A DNA stretch of 64,000 bases from Pseudomonadota bacterium (lineage in GTDB: Bacteria; Pseudomonadota; Alphaproteobacteria; Rhodobacterales; Rhodobacteraceae), in assembly GCA_039180875.1 (NCBI GenBank), contig JBCDCY010000001.1, positions 348,045 through 412,044 on the forward strand, read 5' to 3'. The notes beneath the pieces are model-generated. The model saw only the letters and a program-made list of their open reading frames with translations, made no database searches and was not told where the DNA came from. Each line of letters opens with the position of its first letter. Positions within the stretch are counted from its first letter, which is position 1. Made by a program: the position numbers and the translations under genes. Below are positions 1-10,678 of the stretch, piece after piece.

Positions 1-36
1 CGGAATCGCAATCCTGCTGGTCCGGGGGGACGTCGA

Positions 37-378
37 TTGGTCGAGCGGCTTCGCCGCTATGGGCGCCTTGCTCGCAGCAAGCTACATGCTTGCCTTCGCC
101 TGGCTGACCGGGCGCTCGGGGTGAGCGATGCGCTGCTGACGGCGTTGCCGGCCGTCCGCCGGGAGGCAGGCCTCACCCAAGCCGAGTTGGCCGCCGCCGT
201 CGGGGTCTCCCGCAAGACCATCAACACGATTGAGAACCGGGTCTTCGTGCCCTCCACCCTGCTCGCGCTCAAACTCGCCCGCTATCTGGAGGTGAGCGTG
301 CACGACCTCTTCGCCCTGGCCGACGAAGCGCCCGCGGCGGCGGGGACTTCCCTCGGGCGGACGAAGCGCGCAGGGTAG
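37..378 (+). CDS. XRE-family helix-turn-helix transcriptional regulator (start uncertain; may be truncated by the window edge)
   Basis: HTH motif [39 protein letters not shown] is typical of XRE/Cro-C1 DNA-binding domains. Confidence 0.55.
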   Translation: MVERLRRYGRLARSKLHACLRLADRALGVSDALLTALPAVRREAGLTQAELAAAVGVSRKTINTIENRVFVPSTLLALKLARYLEVSVHDLFALADEAPAAAGTSLGRTKRAG

Positions 379-406
379 CTCCGCCCTTGTCTGGAAGGAC
401 TGGCCC

Positions 407-1432
407 ATGCGCGCCCTCGTCAAGTCCCGTGCCGAGCCCGGCCTCTGGATGGAGGACGTGCCGGTGCCCGAGCCCGGCCCCACCGAGGTGCTGATCCGGG
501 TGCGGAAATCAGCGATCTGCGGCACCGATGTGCATATCTGGAACTGGGACGACTGGGCCGCCGCGACCGTGCCGGTGCCGATGGTCACGGGCCACGAGTT
601 CGTGGGCGAGATCGCCATGGCCGGCCCGGCCGCCACCAAGTACCCGCCCGGCACCCGGGTCGCGGCCGAGGGTCACATCACCTGCGGCGTCTGCCGGAAT
701 TGCCGGGCCGGGCGCGCGCATCTCTGCCGCAACACCCTCGGCGTCGGCGTCAATCGCCCGGGCAGCTTCGCCGAATTTGTTGCGGTGCCCGAGGCCAACG
801 TCGTGCCGATCCCGGAGGACATTCCGGACGAGATCGCGGCCATCCTGGACCCCTTCGGCAACGCCGTCCACACCGCGCTGTCCTTCGATCTGGTGGGGGA
901 GGACGTGCTGATCACTGGCGCCGGCCCGATCGGCATCATGGCCGCCCTGGTGGCGGAGCGGGTGGGCGCCCGCAAGGTCGTCATCACCGACATCACCCCG
1001 GCCCGATTGGCGCTCGCACGCGCCGCCGGCCTCTCCCACGTCGTCGATGCGCGCGCGACCGCGCTTACCGAAGTCATGGCCGAGATCGGCATGACGGAGG
1101 GCTTTGACGTCGGGCTCGAGATGTCGGGCGCCGGCCCCGCCCTCCGCGACATGATCGCGGTGATGAACAACGGCGGGCGCATCGCGATCCTGGGCATCGC
1201 ACCCACCGCCTTCGAGATCGACTGGAACCAGGTGATCTTCAAGATGCTGACGCTGAAGGGCATCTACGGCCGCGAGATGTACGAGACCTGGTATAAGATG
1301 ATCGCGCTGCTGCAGACCGGCCTCGACCTCACCCCCCTGATCACCCACCGCCTCCCCATCGACGCCTTCGAGACAGGCTTCGCCGAGATGCGCGCCGGCA
1401 CCGCCGGCAAGGTGGTGATGGACTGGCCTTGA
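407..1432 (+). CDS. tdh: L-threonine 3-dehydrogenase (zinc-dependent MDR family)
   Basis: N-terminus MRALVKS...[35 protein letters not shown] and GHEFVGEI zinc-ADH motifs; length 341 aa matches Tdh. Confidence 0.9.
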   Translation: MRALVKSRAEPGLWMEDVPVPEPGPTEVLIRVRKSAICGTDVHIWNWDDWAAATVPVPMVTGHEFVGEIAMAGPAATKYPPGTRVAAEGHITCGVCRNCRAGRAHLCRNTLGVGVNRPGSFAEFVAVPEANVVPIPEDIPDEIAAILDPFGNAVHTALSFDLVGEDVLITGAGPIGIMAALVAERVGARKVVITDITPARLALARAAGLSHVVDARATALTEVMAEIGMTEGFDVGLEMSGAGPALRDMIAVMNNGGRIAILGIAPTAFEIDWNQVIFKMLTLKGIYGREMYETWYKMIALLQTGLDLTPLITHRLPIDAFETGFAEMRAGTAGKVVMDWP

Positions 1433-1586
1433 GGCGGGAGGCCGATTGCGGGGCGCGGCCACTTTCGCTCCCGCCGAGCCTTTTCGGGGACACCTTTGCC
1501 AGCGCGAAAGGGCCGGGCCGGCATTGGATCACTCCGCGCGCCGAATGCTGCTATCCTTGCAGGCGCAGTCTAGGGAGGAGTGTGCC

Positions 1587-2141
1587 ATGGACGGGTTCGA
1601 ACCCTATGACCCGGAGATCACGAACCCCTATGTCGACGGCTGGCAGCGGGTCGAGAAATTCGACTACGAGACGCACCTCTACCTCGCCCGCGCCAGGACC
1701 GCGATCCGGGGCAGCCGGGGGCGGGAGGCGGAGTACATCGTCGCGGCCGACTACACCTGCTCCGTCACCGTCGACGGGGCGCGCCACCAGATCCAGGTGC
1801 CGAGCGGGATGCTCACCGACCTCGCCTCCGTCCCGCGCCTCGGCCGCCTGTTCATCGGCCGGGTCGGCCCGCATCTGGAGGCGGCGATCGTGCACGACTT
1901 TCTGTTCCTCGCCTGGCAGCGGATCGCCGGGCGGGGCGCGCGGACCCGGGATTTCGACTTCGCCAACGCCGTGATGCAGCAGGCGATGATCGCGGCCGAC
2001 GTCGGCTTTCTCGAGCGCAACGTGATCTTCCTCGCCGTCTCGAGCTTCGTCGCCCGCGGCAGCTACGACGCGCCCAACCCGGGCACCACCTTCGTCCGCG
2101 TGCCGCCCGCCGCGGCGACCCGGGTCCCCCGCGCGGTCTGA
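1587..2141 (+). CDS. DUF1353 domain protein
   Basis: Conserved TDLASVPR motif of DUF1353. ATG at 1587 is preceded by GGGAGGAG RBS; the longer ORF from 1446 has no RBS. Confidence 0.6.
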   Translation: MDGFEPYDPEITNPYVDGWQRVEKFDYETHLYLARARTAIRGSRGREAEYIVAADYTCSVTVDGARHQIQVPSGMLTDLASVPRLGRLFIGRVGPHLEAAIVHDFLFLAWQRIAGRGARTRDFDFANAVMQQAMIAADVGFLERNVIFLAVSSFVARGSYDAPNPGTTFVRVPPAAATRVPRAV

Positions 2142-2186
2142 GCAGCAGACCTTTTCGCCCGGCCCCCGCGCCGCTATCACCCGCGC

Positions 2187-2861
2187 ATGGGCCGGTTCCG
2201 CCACGTCTTCATCGTCACCTACGGGCGCACCGGCTCGACCCTCTTGATGCAGGTGCTGAACGCGATCGAGGGCTACTACATCAAGGGCGAGAGCTCCGGC
2301 ATCGTCTATTCCCTCGCCCAGACGGTGAAGGCGGCGGAGGACATGCTGCGCCGGCTCGAGAAAGGGCGCCGGGTGCGCACCGTCTCGGCACTTTACGGCG
2401 CCCAGCACATCAACTTCGCGCTGATCCAGAAGCAGGCGATGACCGCGCTCAACCAGATCATGTACCGCTCGCCCCGCGGCCGGCGGAAGGGGCGCTACCG
2501 GGTCTACGGCTTCAAGGAGGTGGAGTACGACCTCCCCGATCTCGCCGAGCATCTTGATTTCCTGAGCGAGCGCTTCACCGCCTCCGCCTTCATCTTCCTC
2601 ACCCGCGATCATGAGGAGGTGGCGAAGTCCGGCTTCTGGCAGTTCGTCGCGCCGCGCAACCGCACCCACCGCCTGAACAAGATGGAGGAGCGCTTTCGCC
2701 GCTACGCCTTCAGCAACGCCAGCCGCTGCTTCTCCCTCGACTACGCCGACCTGGAACCGGACGGAGCGCGGCTGGAGCAACTTTTCCAGTTCCTCGGCGA
2801 AGACCCCGACCGAGAAAAGGTCCGCAAGGTCTTCGAGAAGACCTACTCATACGGGGCTTAG
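2187..2861 (+). CDS. sulfotransferase-family protein
   Basis: N-terminal P-loop-like TYGRTGSTLL (PAPS-binding 5'-PSB motif of sulfotransferases); about 224 aa. Confidence 0.55.
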   Translation: MGRFRHVFIVTYGRTGSTLLMQVLNAIEGYYIKGESSGIVYSLAQTVKAAEDMLRRLEKGRRVRTVSALYGAQHINFALIQKQAMTALNQIMYRSPRGRRKGRYRVYGFKEVEYDLPDLAEHLDFLSERFTASAFIFLTRDHEEVAKSGFWQFVAPRNRTHRLNKMEERFRRYAFSNASRCFSLDYADLEPDGARLEQLFQFLGEDPDREKVRKVFEKTYSYGA

Positions 2862-3071
2862 GGGCTGGAGCCTTACCGGCTGCTTGGAGCCCAAAGCGGA
2901 CATCACCGAGCAGTGCGAAACAGGACGTCTGCCAGATCGCGGTCACAACGAGACACACGCCCAGCGAAGCGAGCCCTCACTGTTCTCCGTGAGCGCGCGA
3001 ATGCGAATGCAAACGTGCCGCACACTTCATCGGTTCCGAAAGCAACATGTCCTGCTTTGCAAGCCCTTGGA

Positions 3072-4469
3072 TCACTCCGCCATGATGGACTGGGGCACGA
3101 CCCCGTCGTTGAGCCAGGCTTCGAGGGGCGTGAGCGGATCGAGGGCCGCCGCGCTTATGCCGTCCGGCCCCGGGAGAATCCCGCAATGATCGAGGCCCGG
3201 CACCATGAACAGCGCGACGTTTTCCTCGAGGACATCTTCGCCGCCCGCGGCTTCGGCCGCCTGCGCGTACCAGTCCACGGTCTTGTAGGGCGTCACGATC
3301 GCGTCGGCCCAGCCGTGAAAGACGATCATCTTCCCGCCTGCTTCGCGAAAGGCCGAGATGTCTGGATCGTCCCCGTTATAGGCCGCGGAAGAGGCGCCCA
3401 TGCGAGACGGGTCGGTCTCGAAATCGAAGTCCATGGGCGTCCAGTTCGGACCGGGGTCTTCATCGAAGGCCATGTACTTTCCGAAACCGTCGGCAAAGGC
3501 GGGAACGAGACGTCCACCCCCCTCGCCGTTCCCGGTCAGCCACAACCACCAGAAGGCCTCCGATCCTTCGGGGATACCCCCGGGATAAAGCTGGTCGCCC
3601 GCCGCATTGCGCGGCCCTTCGCGCCACTTGCCGAGCGTGTCCAGTTGCAGGTTCGTCAGCCCGAGCCCATCGTAGCTGACGGTGCACGCACGGGGATCGG
3701 CAATCGCCCCGTCTTCGGCCCCGTCCACGGCATCGCATTGATCCATCACCGCCTGTCCGATGACCGCGGCCTCGTCCGGTCCGAGTATCTGCGATCCGTC
3801 GGGTGCCGTGTTCGCCTGCACGATCCACGACATCTTGGTTGCCACCAGGCCCGGATAATCCATGGCCGGCGCCCCCGAGATGATGCCGTCGAACATCTCC
3901 GGGTAGCGCAGCGAGGCGACATGCGCCATCCGGCCCCCGGTCGAACAGCCCTGGAAGATGGCCTGCTCGGACGCGCTGCCGTAGAACGCCTCGATCAATG
4001 CGTTGGCAACGCGGTTGGTCTCGCCGACGGACCGCCAGCCCCAATCGCGTTCGGCGTGCGGATTGTTGTAGGCCCAGCCCGCGTCCACCACCGACAGTGC
4101 GTGATGGCCGCCGTCGGACGTCGCGGTCGCATAGCGGCGCTCCAGCCCGGGCCGCATCGCATTGATCCAGCTCGACCCGGCATCGGCGCGACCGAGGATG
4201 CCGCAGAACCCGCCGCAGCCCGCCTGATAGAACTTGCCGTTCCATCCCTCCATCGGCAGCCGCACTTCGATCGAGATCGCCGGCAGGGCCGTCGCGCGGA
4301 CCTCACAGTAGGCCGGCAACGTGTCCGACGCCGGAACAACCCGTGACGACGTGACATGGCCGCCGGGCATGACCACCTGATGCAGTGCGGCACAGTCGTC
4401 GGCGCCCTGTTGTGCGGCGGCCGGTATCGCCGCCAACGACAAGGCAAAGCCCGCGAGTATCTTCTTCAT
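3072..4469 (-). CDS. tannase/feruloyl-esterase family alpha/beta hydrolase, secreted
   Basis: Signal peptide MKKILAGFALSLAAIPAAAQ; tannase-family nucleophile motif GCSTGGR; start ATG at 4469 chosen over the upstream extension. Confidence 0.8.
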   Translation of the reverse strand: MKKILAGFALSLAAIPAAAQQGADDCAALHQVVMPGGHVTSSRVVPASDTLPAYCEVRATALPAISIEVRLPMEGWNGKFYQAGCGGFCGILGRADAGSSWINAMRPGLERRYATATSDGGHHALSVVDAGWAYNNPHAERDWGWRSVGETNRVANALIEAFYGSASEQAIFQGCSTGGRMAHVASLRYPEMFDGIISGAPAMDYPGLVATKMSWIVQANTAPDGSQILGPDEAAVIGQAVMDQCDAVDGAEDGAIADPRACTVSYDGLGLTNLQLDTLGKWREGPRNAAGDQLYPGGIPEGSEAFWWLWLTGNGEGGGRLVPAFADGFGKYMAFDEDPGPNWTPMDFDFETDPSRMGASSAAYNGDDPDISAFREAGGKMIVFHGWADAIVTPYKTVDWYAQAAEAAGGEDVLEENVALFMVPGLDHCGILPGPDGISAAALDPLTPLEAWLNDGVVPQSIMAE

Positions 4470-4629
4470 GCTGCAACACCTCCCACCAGATGGCCGATCC
4501 GACCAGTATCGAGCGCGAGAGGGCGCGAAACAAGGCTCTCCGGCGGGCGAAAGCTGCCAAGCGCCGCTCCGGTCAACGGTCGCTCCATCCGCAAAGCGGA
4601 AATCAGGCCTATCGCCGCCAACTACCCCC

Positions 4630-7146
4630 TCACCCATCCACGCGGATCGCGGCGTTCTTGGGGTCGTAGGGGCCGTCCTCCGTCACGACCGCCGGATAGA
4701 GGGTGCGGAGCATACGGACCTCTAGCGCTGTGCCGGGCGCCGCGAGGTCGGGGCGGACGTAGCCGATGCCGATCTGTTTGCCGAAGTGGACGGAGTAGCC
4801 GCCGGAGGTAAGGCGGCCCACCATCTCTCCACCCGCAAACAGGCCCTCGCGGCCCCAGGGGTCGGCATCCTCCGGCCCGTCGATCAGCACGGTGACGCAT
4901 TTGGCGCGGATGCCCGTCTCCTCGATCGCCGCGTGGCCGTGGAACTGCTTGGCGAGGTCGACGAAGCGGTCGAGCCCGGCCTCGAGCGGCGTGGCGTCCC
5001 GCCCGAGGTCGGAGCCGAAGGCGCGGTAGCTCTTCTCCTGCCGCAGCCAGTTCTGGGCCCGGGCGCCGACCAGGCGCAGGCCGTAGGGCTCGCCCGCCTC
5101 CAGCAGCCGGTCGAAGAGGTGGTTCTGCATCTCGATCGGATGGTGGATCTCCCACCCCAGCTCGCCGGTATAGGCGACGCGGATCGCCGTCACCGGCACC
5201 ATGCCGAGCTCGATCTCCTTCGATGAGAGCCAGGGGAAACGGGCGTTGGAGAGCGCCGTCGCGGGCTCCGGGTCGCGGATCAGCGTGCGTAGCACGTCCC
5301 GCGATTTCGGCCCGGCGAGTGCGAAGACGCCCCATTGCGTGGTCACGTCGTGGATGATGATCTCGCCGAAGGTGCCGCGCATGTCCTCGGCCGCCTTCAC
5401 CAGGTAGTCCTGGTCATAGGCGGTCCAGGCCCCGGCGGAGACGAGGTAGTAGCTGTCCTCGCCCCGGCGCAGGATGGTGTATTCCGTCCGCACCGTGCCG
5501 GCGTCCGTGAGCGCATAGGTCAGGTTCACCCGCCCGACCTTGGGCAGGCGGTTGCAGGTGAACCAGTCGAGGAACGCCGTCGCCCCCGGACCCGTCACGG
5601 AGTGCTTGGTGAAGGCCGAGGCGTCGATCAGCCCGACGCCGGAGCGGATGGCCTGCGCCTCCTCCACCGCATATTGCCACCAGGCGCCGCGCCGGAAGGA
5701 GCGGCTGTCGTGGTCGAAGCTCGCCGCCGCATCCAGCGGGCCGAAATAGTTCGGCCGTTCCCACCCGTTCACCTGGCCGAACTGGGCGCCATGGGCCTTC
5801 ATCCGATCGTAGCAGGGCGCGGTGCGGAGCGGGCGGCAGGCGCCCCGCTCCTCATCCGGGTGATGCAGGACGTAGACGTGGGAGTAGCACTCCTCGTTCT
5901 TGCGCATCGCGTATTCGGTGGTGATCCAGTCGCCGTAGCGCTTGGGATCGAGGGAGGCCATGTCGATCTCCGCCTCGCCCTCCACCATCATCTGGGCGAG
6001 GTAGTGGCCGGTGCCGCCCGCCGCGGTGATGCCGAAGGAGAAGCCCTCGGCCAGCCACATGTTGCGGAGCCCCGGCGCCGGGCCGACCAATGGATTGCCG
6101 TCGGGCGTGTAGCAGATCGGGCCGTTATAGTCGTCCTTCAGCCCCACGCTTTCCGAGGACGGGATGCGATGGATCATGGAGAGGTATTCCTGCTCGATCC
6201 GCTCGAGATCGAGGGGGAAGAGATCGGCGCGGAAGCTTTCCGGCACGGCATACTCAAAACGCGCCGGCGCGCCCTCCTCGTAAGGGCCTAGGATCCAGCC
6301 GCCGCGTTCCTCCCGCACGTACCACTTGGCGTCGGCATCGCGGAGGACCGGGTGCTCCGGCTGGCCCTTCCTCCAGTCAACGAGGGCCGGGTCGGGCTCC
6401 GTCACGATGTACTGATGCTCGACCGGGATGGCCGGGATCTTGATGCCGAGAAGCTGGGCGGTGCGCTGGGCATGGTTGCCGGTCGCCGTGACGACATGCT
6501 CGGCCCGGATCTCGAAGGTCTCCTCACCCGGCGTCAGGTTGCCGCCCCGCTCCGCCATGATGGCGCCGCGCAGGATCCAGTCGTGGCCCGTCCACTCATA
6601 GCCGTCGACCTGGGCCTTCCGCACGATCTCCACCCCGTGCTGGCGCGCCCCCTTGGCCATGGCTTGCGTCACATCGGCTGGATTGATGTAGCCGTCGGTC
6701 GGGTGGTAGATCGCGCCCTTAAGGTCCTCGGTACGCACCAACGGCCAGCGGTCCTTGATCTCGGCCGGCGTCAGCCATTCGTGCGGGATGCCCACCGTCT
6801 CCGCCGTCGAGGCGTAGAGGGCGTATTCGTCCATCCGCTCCTGGCTCTGCGCCATGCGGAGGTTGCCGACGACCGAGAAGCCGGGGCTGAGGCCGGTCTC
6901 CGCCTCCAGCTCCTTATAGAATTTCACGGAGTAGTCGTGGATGTGGCTGACGGCGTAGCTCATGTTGAAGAGCGGCAAGAGCCCCGCGGCGTGCCAGGTG
7001 GAGCCGGAGGTGAGCTCATCGCGTTCCAGCAGCACCACCGGCCAGCCGGCCTTGGCCAGGTGATAGGCAATGGCGACGCCCACGGCGCCTCCTCCCACGA
7101 CGACTGCCCGGGCCTCGCTTCGCATCGCATCCTCCTCCGCTCCCAT
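4630..7146 (-). CDS. dimethylglycine/sarcosine dehydrogenase-like FAD oxidoreductase with C-terminal GcvT (aminomethyltransferase) folate-binding domain
   Basis: N-terminal Rossmann VVVGGGAVGVAIAYHLAKAG; 838 aa; C-terminal GcvT-like region; alternative start at 7125 (MRSEARAVVVGGG). Confidence 0.85.
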   Translation of the reverse strand: MGAEEDAMRSEARAVVVGGGAVGVAIAYHLAKAGWPVVLLERDELTSGSTWHAAGLLPLFNMSYAVSHIHDYSVKFYKELEAETGLSPGFSVVGNLRMAQSQERMDEYALYASTAETVGIPHEWLTPAEIKDRWPLVRTEDLKGAIYHPTDGYINPADVTQAMAKGARQHGVEIVRKAQVDGYEWTGHDWILRGAIMAERGGNLTPGEETFEIRAEHVVTATGNHAQRTAQLLGIKIPAIPVEHQYIVTEPDPALVDWRKGQPEHPVLRDADAKWYVREERGGWILGPYEEGAPARFEYAVPESFRADLFPLDLERIEQEYLSMIHRIPSSESVGLKDDYNGPICYTPDGNPLVGPAPGLRNMWLAEGFSFGITAAGGTGHYLAQMMVEGEAEIDMASLDPKRYGDWITTEYAMRKNEECYSHVYVLHHPDEERGACRPLRTAPCYDRMKAHGAQFGQVNGWERPNYFGPLDAAASFDHDSRSFRRGAWWQYAVEEAQAIRSGVGLIDASAFTKHSVTGPGATAFLDWFTCNRLPKVGRVNLTYALTDAGTVRTEYTILRRGEDSYYLVSAGAWTAYDQDYLVKAAEDMRGTFGEIIIHDVTTQWGVFALAGPKSRDVLRTLIRDPEPATALSNARFPWLSSKEIELGMVPVTAIRVAYTGELGWEIHHPIEMQNHLFDRLLEAGEPYGLRLVGARAQNWLRQEKSYRAFGSDLGRDATPLEAGLDRFVDLAKQFHGHAAIEETGIRAKCVTVLIDGPEDADPWGREGLFAGGEMVGRLTSGGYSVHFGKQIGIGYVRPDLAAPGTALEVRMLRTLYPAVVTEDGPYDPKNAAIRVDG

Positions 7147-7268
7147 CCCTTTTGCCGGAGCGGCCTGGCCCCGTCGAGGCGCAGGCGACCGCTCCGCGCC
7201 GGATTGCGACCGCTCTGGCGTTGCCGGCGGAAGGGGCTATAGTCCGCCCGTTCCCAGGGAGCCCCCGC

Positions 7269-9296
7269 ATGACCGCCAATCCGCTGCTTGCGCACTGGAC
7301 GACCCCCTTCGGCCTGCCGCCCTTCGATGCGATCGAAACGGCGCATTTCGCGCCCGCCTTCGAGACCGCGCTGACCGAGGCCCGCGCCACGATCGCCGCC
7401 ATTGCGGAGGATCCGGCGGCGCCGAGCTTTGCCAACACCATCGAGGCGTTGGAGCGCTCGGGCGCGACGCTGGAGAAGGTGGGCGGCGTCTTCTGGAACC
7501 TCACCGGCACCAATGCGACGCCGGAGATCGAGGCGCTGCAGCGCGACCTCGCGCCCAAGATGGCGGCCTTCCATTCCGAGGTGATGATGAACGCGGCCCT
7601 GTTCGCGCGCGTCGACACATTGATGGAGGATCCCGATCCGGCGCTGACGGCGGAGCAGCGCCGGGTGCTGGAGCTCACCCACCGCCGTTTCGTCCGCGCC
7701 GGCGCCAAGCTGGAGGGGGAGGACCGCGACCGCCTCGCCGCCATCATGGCGCGATTGGCGGAGCTCGGCACCGCCTTCATGCAGAACGTGTTGGCGGAGG
7801 AGCGGGACTGGGCCCTGCCGCTCACCGACAGCGACCTCGACGGCCTACCGCAAGATGTCATCGCCGCCGCCAAGGCCGCGGCGGAGGAGCGGGGGATGGA
7901 GGGGCAGATCATCACCCTCTCCCGCTCCCTCATCGTGCCGTTCCTGCAGTATTCGACCCGGCGCGACCTGCGCGAACAGGCGTTCCGCGCCTGGACCTCG
8001 CGGGGAGCGAACGGCGGTGCGCACGACAACGGCGAGATCGTGACGGAGACCCTGGCGCTGCGGGAGGAGCGCGCCCACCTCCTCGGCCACGACCATTTCG
8101 CCGAGTTCAAGCTGGCCACCGAGATGGCGAAGACCCCGGCCGCGGTGCGCGAGCTGCTGATGGCCGTCTGGGCACCCGCCCGCGCCCAGGCGGAGGCCGA
8201 TGCCGAGGCGCTCGGCGAACTGATCACCGAGGGCGGACAGAACCACGTCCTCCGCCCCTGGGACTGGCGCCATTACTCCGAGATCCGGCGCAAGCAGCTG
8301 CATGATCTGGATGAGGCGACGCTGAAGCCGTATCTGCAGCTCGACCGGATCATCGAGGCGGCGTTTCACGTGGCGGGCCGGCTCTTCGGCCTCTCCTTCC
8401 AGCCCGTCGAGGCGGCGCTGCATCACCCGGACGCCCGCGCCTGGGAGGTGCGGAAAGGCGAGCGCCATATGGGCGTCTTCGTCGGCGACTATTTCAACCG
8501 CGGCACCAAGCGGTCGGGCGCCTGGTGCTCCCGCTTCCGGCCGCAATCGGCGCTGGATGGCGAAGTGCGGCCGCTGGTCGTCAATGTCTGCAACTTCGCC
8601 AAGCCGCCCGCGGGCCAGCCGGCGCTGCTCACCTGGGACGATGCGCGCACCCTCTTCCACGAATTCGGCCACGCGCTGCACGTGCTGATGTCGGACGTGA
8701 CCTATTCCTCCGTCTCCGGCACCTCGGTGGCGCGGGACTTCGTGGAATTGCCGAGCCAACTCTACGAGCACTGGCTTGCCACGCCGGAGGTGCTGTCGGA
8801 ATTTGCCACCCATGCCGAGACCGGCGCGCCTATGCCGCGCGACCTGCTCGACCGGCTGCTGGCGGCAGAGAACTACGACCAGGGCTTCTCCACGGTGGAG
8901 TTCGTGGCCTCCGCCCTCGTGGACCTCGACCTGCATGACGGCCCGGCGCCGGCCGATCCCATGGCCGTGCAGGCCGCGACGCTCGAGCGCATCGGCATGC
9001 CCGAGGCCATCGTCATGCGCCACGCCACACCCCACTTCGCCCATGTCTTCGCCGGCGACGGCTATTCCAGCGGCTACTACAGCTACATGTGGTCGGAGAT
9101 GATGGACGCCGACGCCTTCGCCGCCTTCGAGGAGACGGGCGACGTCTTCGATCCCGAGACCGCGGCGAAGCTGGCCGAGCACATCTACTCGGCCGGCGGC
9201 CGGGCGGAGGAGGCGGAGCTCTACACCGCCTTCCGCGGCCGGATGCCTGGGGTCGAGGCACTGCTCAAGGGCCGCGGCCTCGATCAGGCCGCCTGA
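7269..9296 (+). CDS. dcp: M3-family peptidyl-dipeptidase Dcp
   Basis: Zinc motif HEFGHALH followed by a downstream E; M3 architecture; ATG at 7269 (MTANPLLAHW) preferred over the long upstream extension. Confidence 0.9.
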   Translation: MTANPLLAHWTTPFGLPPFDAIETAHFAPAFETALTEARATIAAIAEDPAAPSFANTIEALERSGATLEKVGGVFWNLTGTNATPEIEALQRDLAPKMAAFHSEVMMNAALFARVDTLMEDPDPALTAEQRRVLELTHRRFVRAGAKLEGEDRDRLAAIMARLAELGTAFMQNVLAEERDWALPLTDSDLDGLPQDVIAAAKAAAEERGMEGQIITLSRSLIVPFLQYSTRRDLREQAFRAWTSRGANGGAHDNGEIVTETLALREERAHLLGHDHFAEFKLATEMAKTPAAVRELLMAVWAPARAQAEADAEALGELITEGGQNHVLRPWDWRHYSEIRRKQLHDLDEATLKPYLQLDRIIEAAFHVAGRLFGLSFQPVEAALHHPDARAWEVRKGERHMGVFVGDYFNRGTKRSGAWCSRFRPQSALDGEVRPLVVNVCNFAKPPAGQPALLTWDDARTLFHEFGHALHVLMSDVTYSSVSGTSVARDFVELPSQLYEHWLATPEVLSEFATHAETGAPMPRDLLDRLLAAENYDQGFSTVEFVASALVDLDLHDGPAPADPMAVQAATLERIGMPEAIVMRHATPHFAHVFAGDGYSSGYYSYMWSEMMDADAFAAFEETGDVFDPETAAKLAEHIYSAGGRAEEAELYTAFRGRMPGVEALLKGRGLDQAA

Positions 9297-10678
9297 TGGC
9301 CGGCGGGCGTGAGCGGGACCTGACCGCGGGCTCCATCCCCGGGCATTTCCGGGCACTCGCCGTGCCGTCGGCCGTGGGGATGCTGTTCACGACGCTCTAC
9401 AACGTCGTCGACATGTTCTACGCCGGGTTGATCTCCACCGATGCGCTCGCCGGGCTCTCGATCTCATTCCAGGCGTTCTTCATCCTGATCTCCTTCGGCT
9501 TCGGCCTGGGCATCGGGCTCTCCTCGCTGATCGGCAACGCCCTCGGCGCCCGGGACCGGCCGCGGGCCGCGCGCTATGCCGGGCAGGGCATCACCTTCGC
9601 CGCGATCCTCTCCGGCCTGCTCTTCGTCGCGGGCCTCTTCCTCGCGCCGCTGATGCTGCGGGCGATCGGGGGAGATACGGCCTATGCCGAGGCGGCGGTC
9701 GACTACACCAACCTCCTGCTCTTCGCGACGCCGGGCTTCCTGGTGGCCTTCACCGCCAACGGCATCTGCTCGGCCCAGGGCGATACGGTCAGCCTGCAGC
9801 GGGCACAGATCGCCGCGTTCTTCGCCAATCTCGCGCTCAACCCGCTCTTCATCTACGGCATTCCGGGGCTGGTGCCGGGGATCGGCTTCGACGGCATCGC
9901 GCTCTCTACCGTGGTCAGCCAGACCGGCGTGATGCTCTGGATGCTGCGCCGCGCCTTCGGCTCCGACCTCATGCAGGTCTGCGGCGGGCACGATTTCCGG
10001 CCGCGCCTCGAGCGGATCATGGAGATCGTGGAGCAGGCGTTTCCCGCCAGCTTCTCCATGCTGGTGATGATGATCGGCGGCGTGATCGTGCAATTCTATC
10101 TAAAGCCCTTCGGCGCCGACGCGGTGGCGGCCTACGGTGTAGCGCTGCGGGTCGAGCAGATCCTGATCCTGCCGGGGATCGGCCTCACCTCCGCCCTCCT
10201 GCCCATCGCCGCCCAGAACTACGGGGCCGGAGACTTCGACCGGGTGCGGGGTGCGCTCTTCTTCTGTCTCAAGGCCGGGATGGGCCTGATGTCGATCGCG
10301 GCGATCCTGGTCTGGACGCTTGGCGGCACGATGATGGGCGTCTTCGCCGAGAGCGAGGAGGTCGTGCGCCTCGGCGTGCAGTACCTGACGCTCGACGGCT
10401 TCATGCTGCCGCTCTATTCGGCGATGTTCGCCATGACCTCCTTCCAGCAGGCGCTGAAGCGACCGCTTTGGCCGGTCTATATCGGCCTCTACCGCCAGAT
10501 CGCGGCGATCGCGGCCTTCGGCTGGATCTACGTGGTCTGGCTGGATCTCGGCACCTGGGGCGTCTGGCTCGCGATCTTCACGGCGGTCAGCACGGGGTTC
10601 GTGCTGGCCGGCGTGGTGACGCTCAGGATCGCCGGCAATCGGATCGGCGGGCTCTCACCCGCGGCCCAGCCGGCCTAG
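9296..10678 (+). CDS. MATE-family multidrug efflux transporter
   Basis: 12-TM profile with MATE N-terminus (GHFRALAVPSAVGMLFTTLYNVVDMFYAG); start ATG overlaps the dcp stop (TGATG). Confidence 0.85.
   Translation: MAGGRERDLTAGSIPGHFRALAVPSAVGMLFTTLYNVVDMFYAGLISTDALAGLSISFQAFFILISFGFGLGIGLSSLIGNALGARDRPRAARYAGQGITFAAILSGLLFVAGLFLAPLMLRAIGGDTAYAEAAVDYTNLLLFATPGFLVAFTANGICSAQGDTVSLQRAQIAAFFANLALNPLFIYGIPGLVPGIGFDGIALSTVVSQTGVMLWMLRRAFGSDLMQVCGGHDFRPRLERIMEIVEQAFPASFSMLVMMIGGVIVQFYLKPFGADAVAAYGVALRVEQILILPGIGLTSALLPIAAQNYGAGDFDRVRGALFFCLKAGMGLMSIAAILVWTLGGTMMGVFAESEEVVRLGVQYLTLDGFMLPLYSAMFAMTSFQQALKRPLWPVYIGLYRQIAAIAAFGWIYVVWLDLGTWGVWLAIFTAVSTGFVLAGVVTLRIAGNRIGGLSPAAQPA

Noticed and set aside
1551-2780. 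409-aa ORF antisense to the DUF1353 and sulfotransferase genes
   Set aside because: Gly/Ala/Arg/Val-rich low-complexity translation typical of antisense frames in high-GC DNA; the sense-strand genes have real domain matches
2913-4346. 477-aa plus-strand ORF overlapping the esterase gene
   Set aside because: Shadow ORF opposite a well-supported secreted tannase-family gene; no motifs and Arg/Gly-rich composition
7016-9356. Long minus-strand ORFs (403 and 503 aa) overlapping dcp
   Set aside because: Antisense to an M3 peptidase with an intact HEFGH motif; low-complexity Ala/Arg/Gly translation
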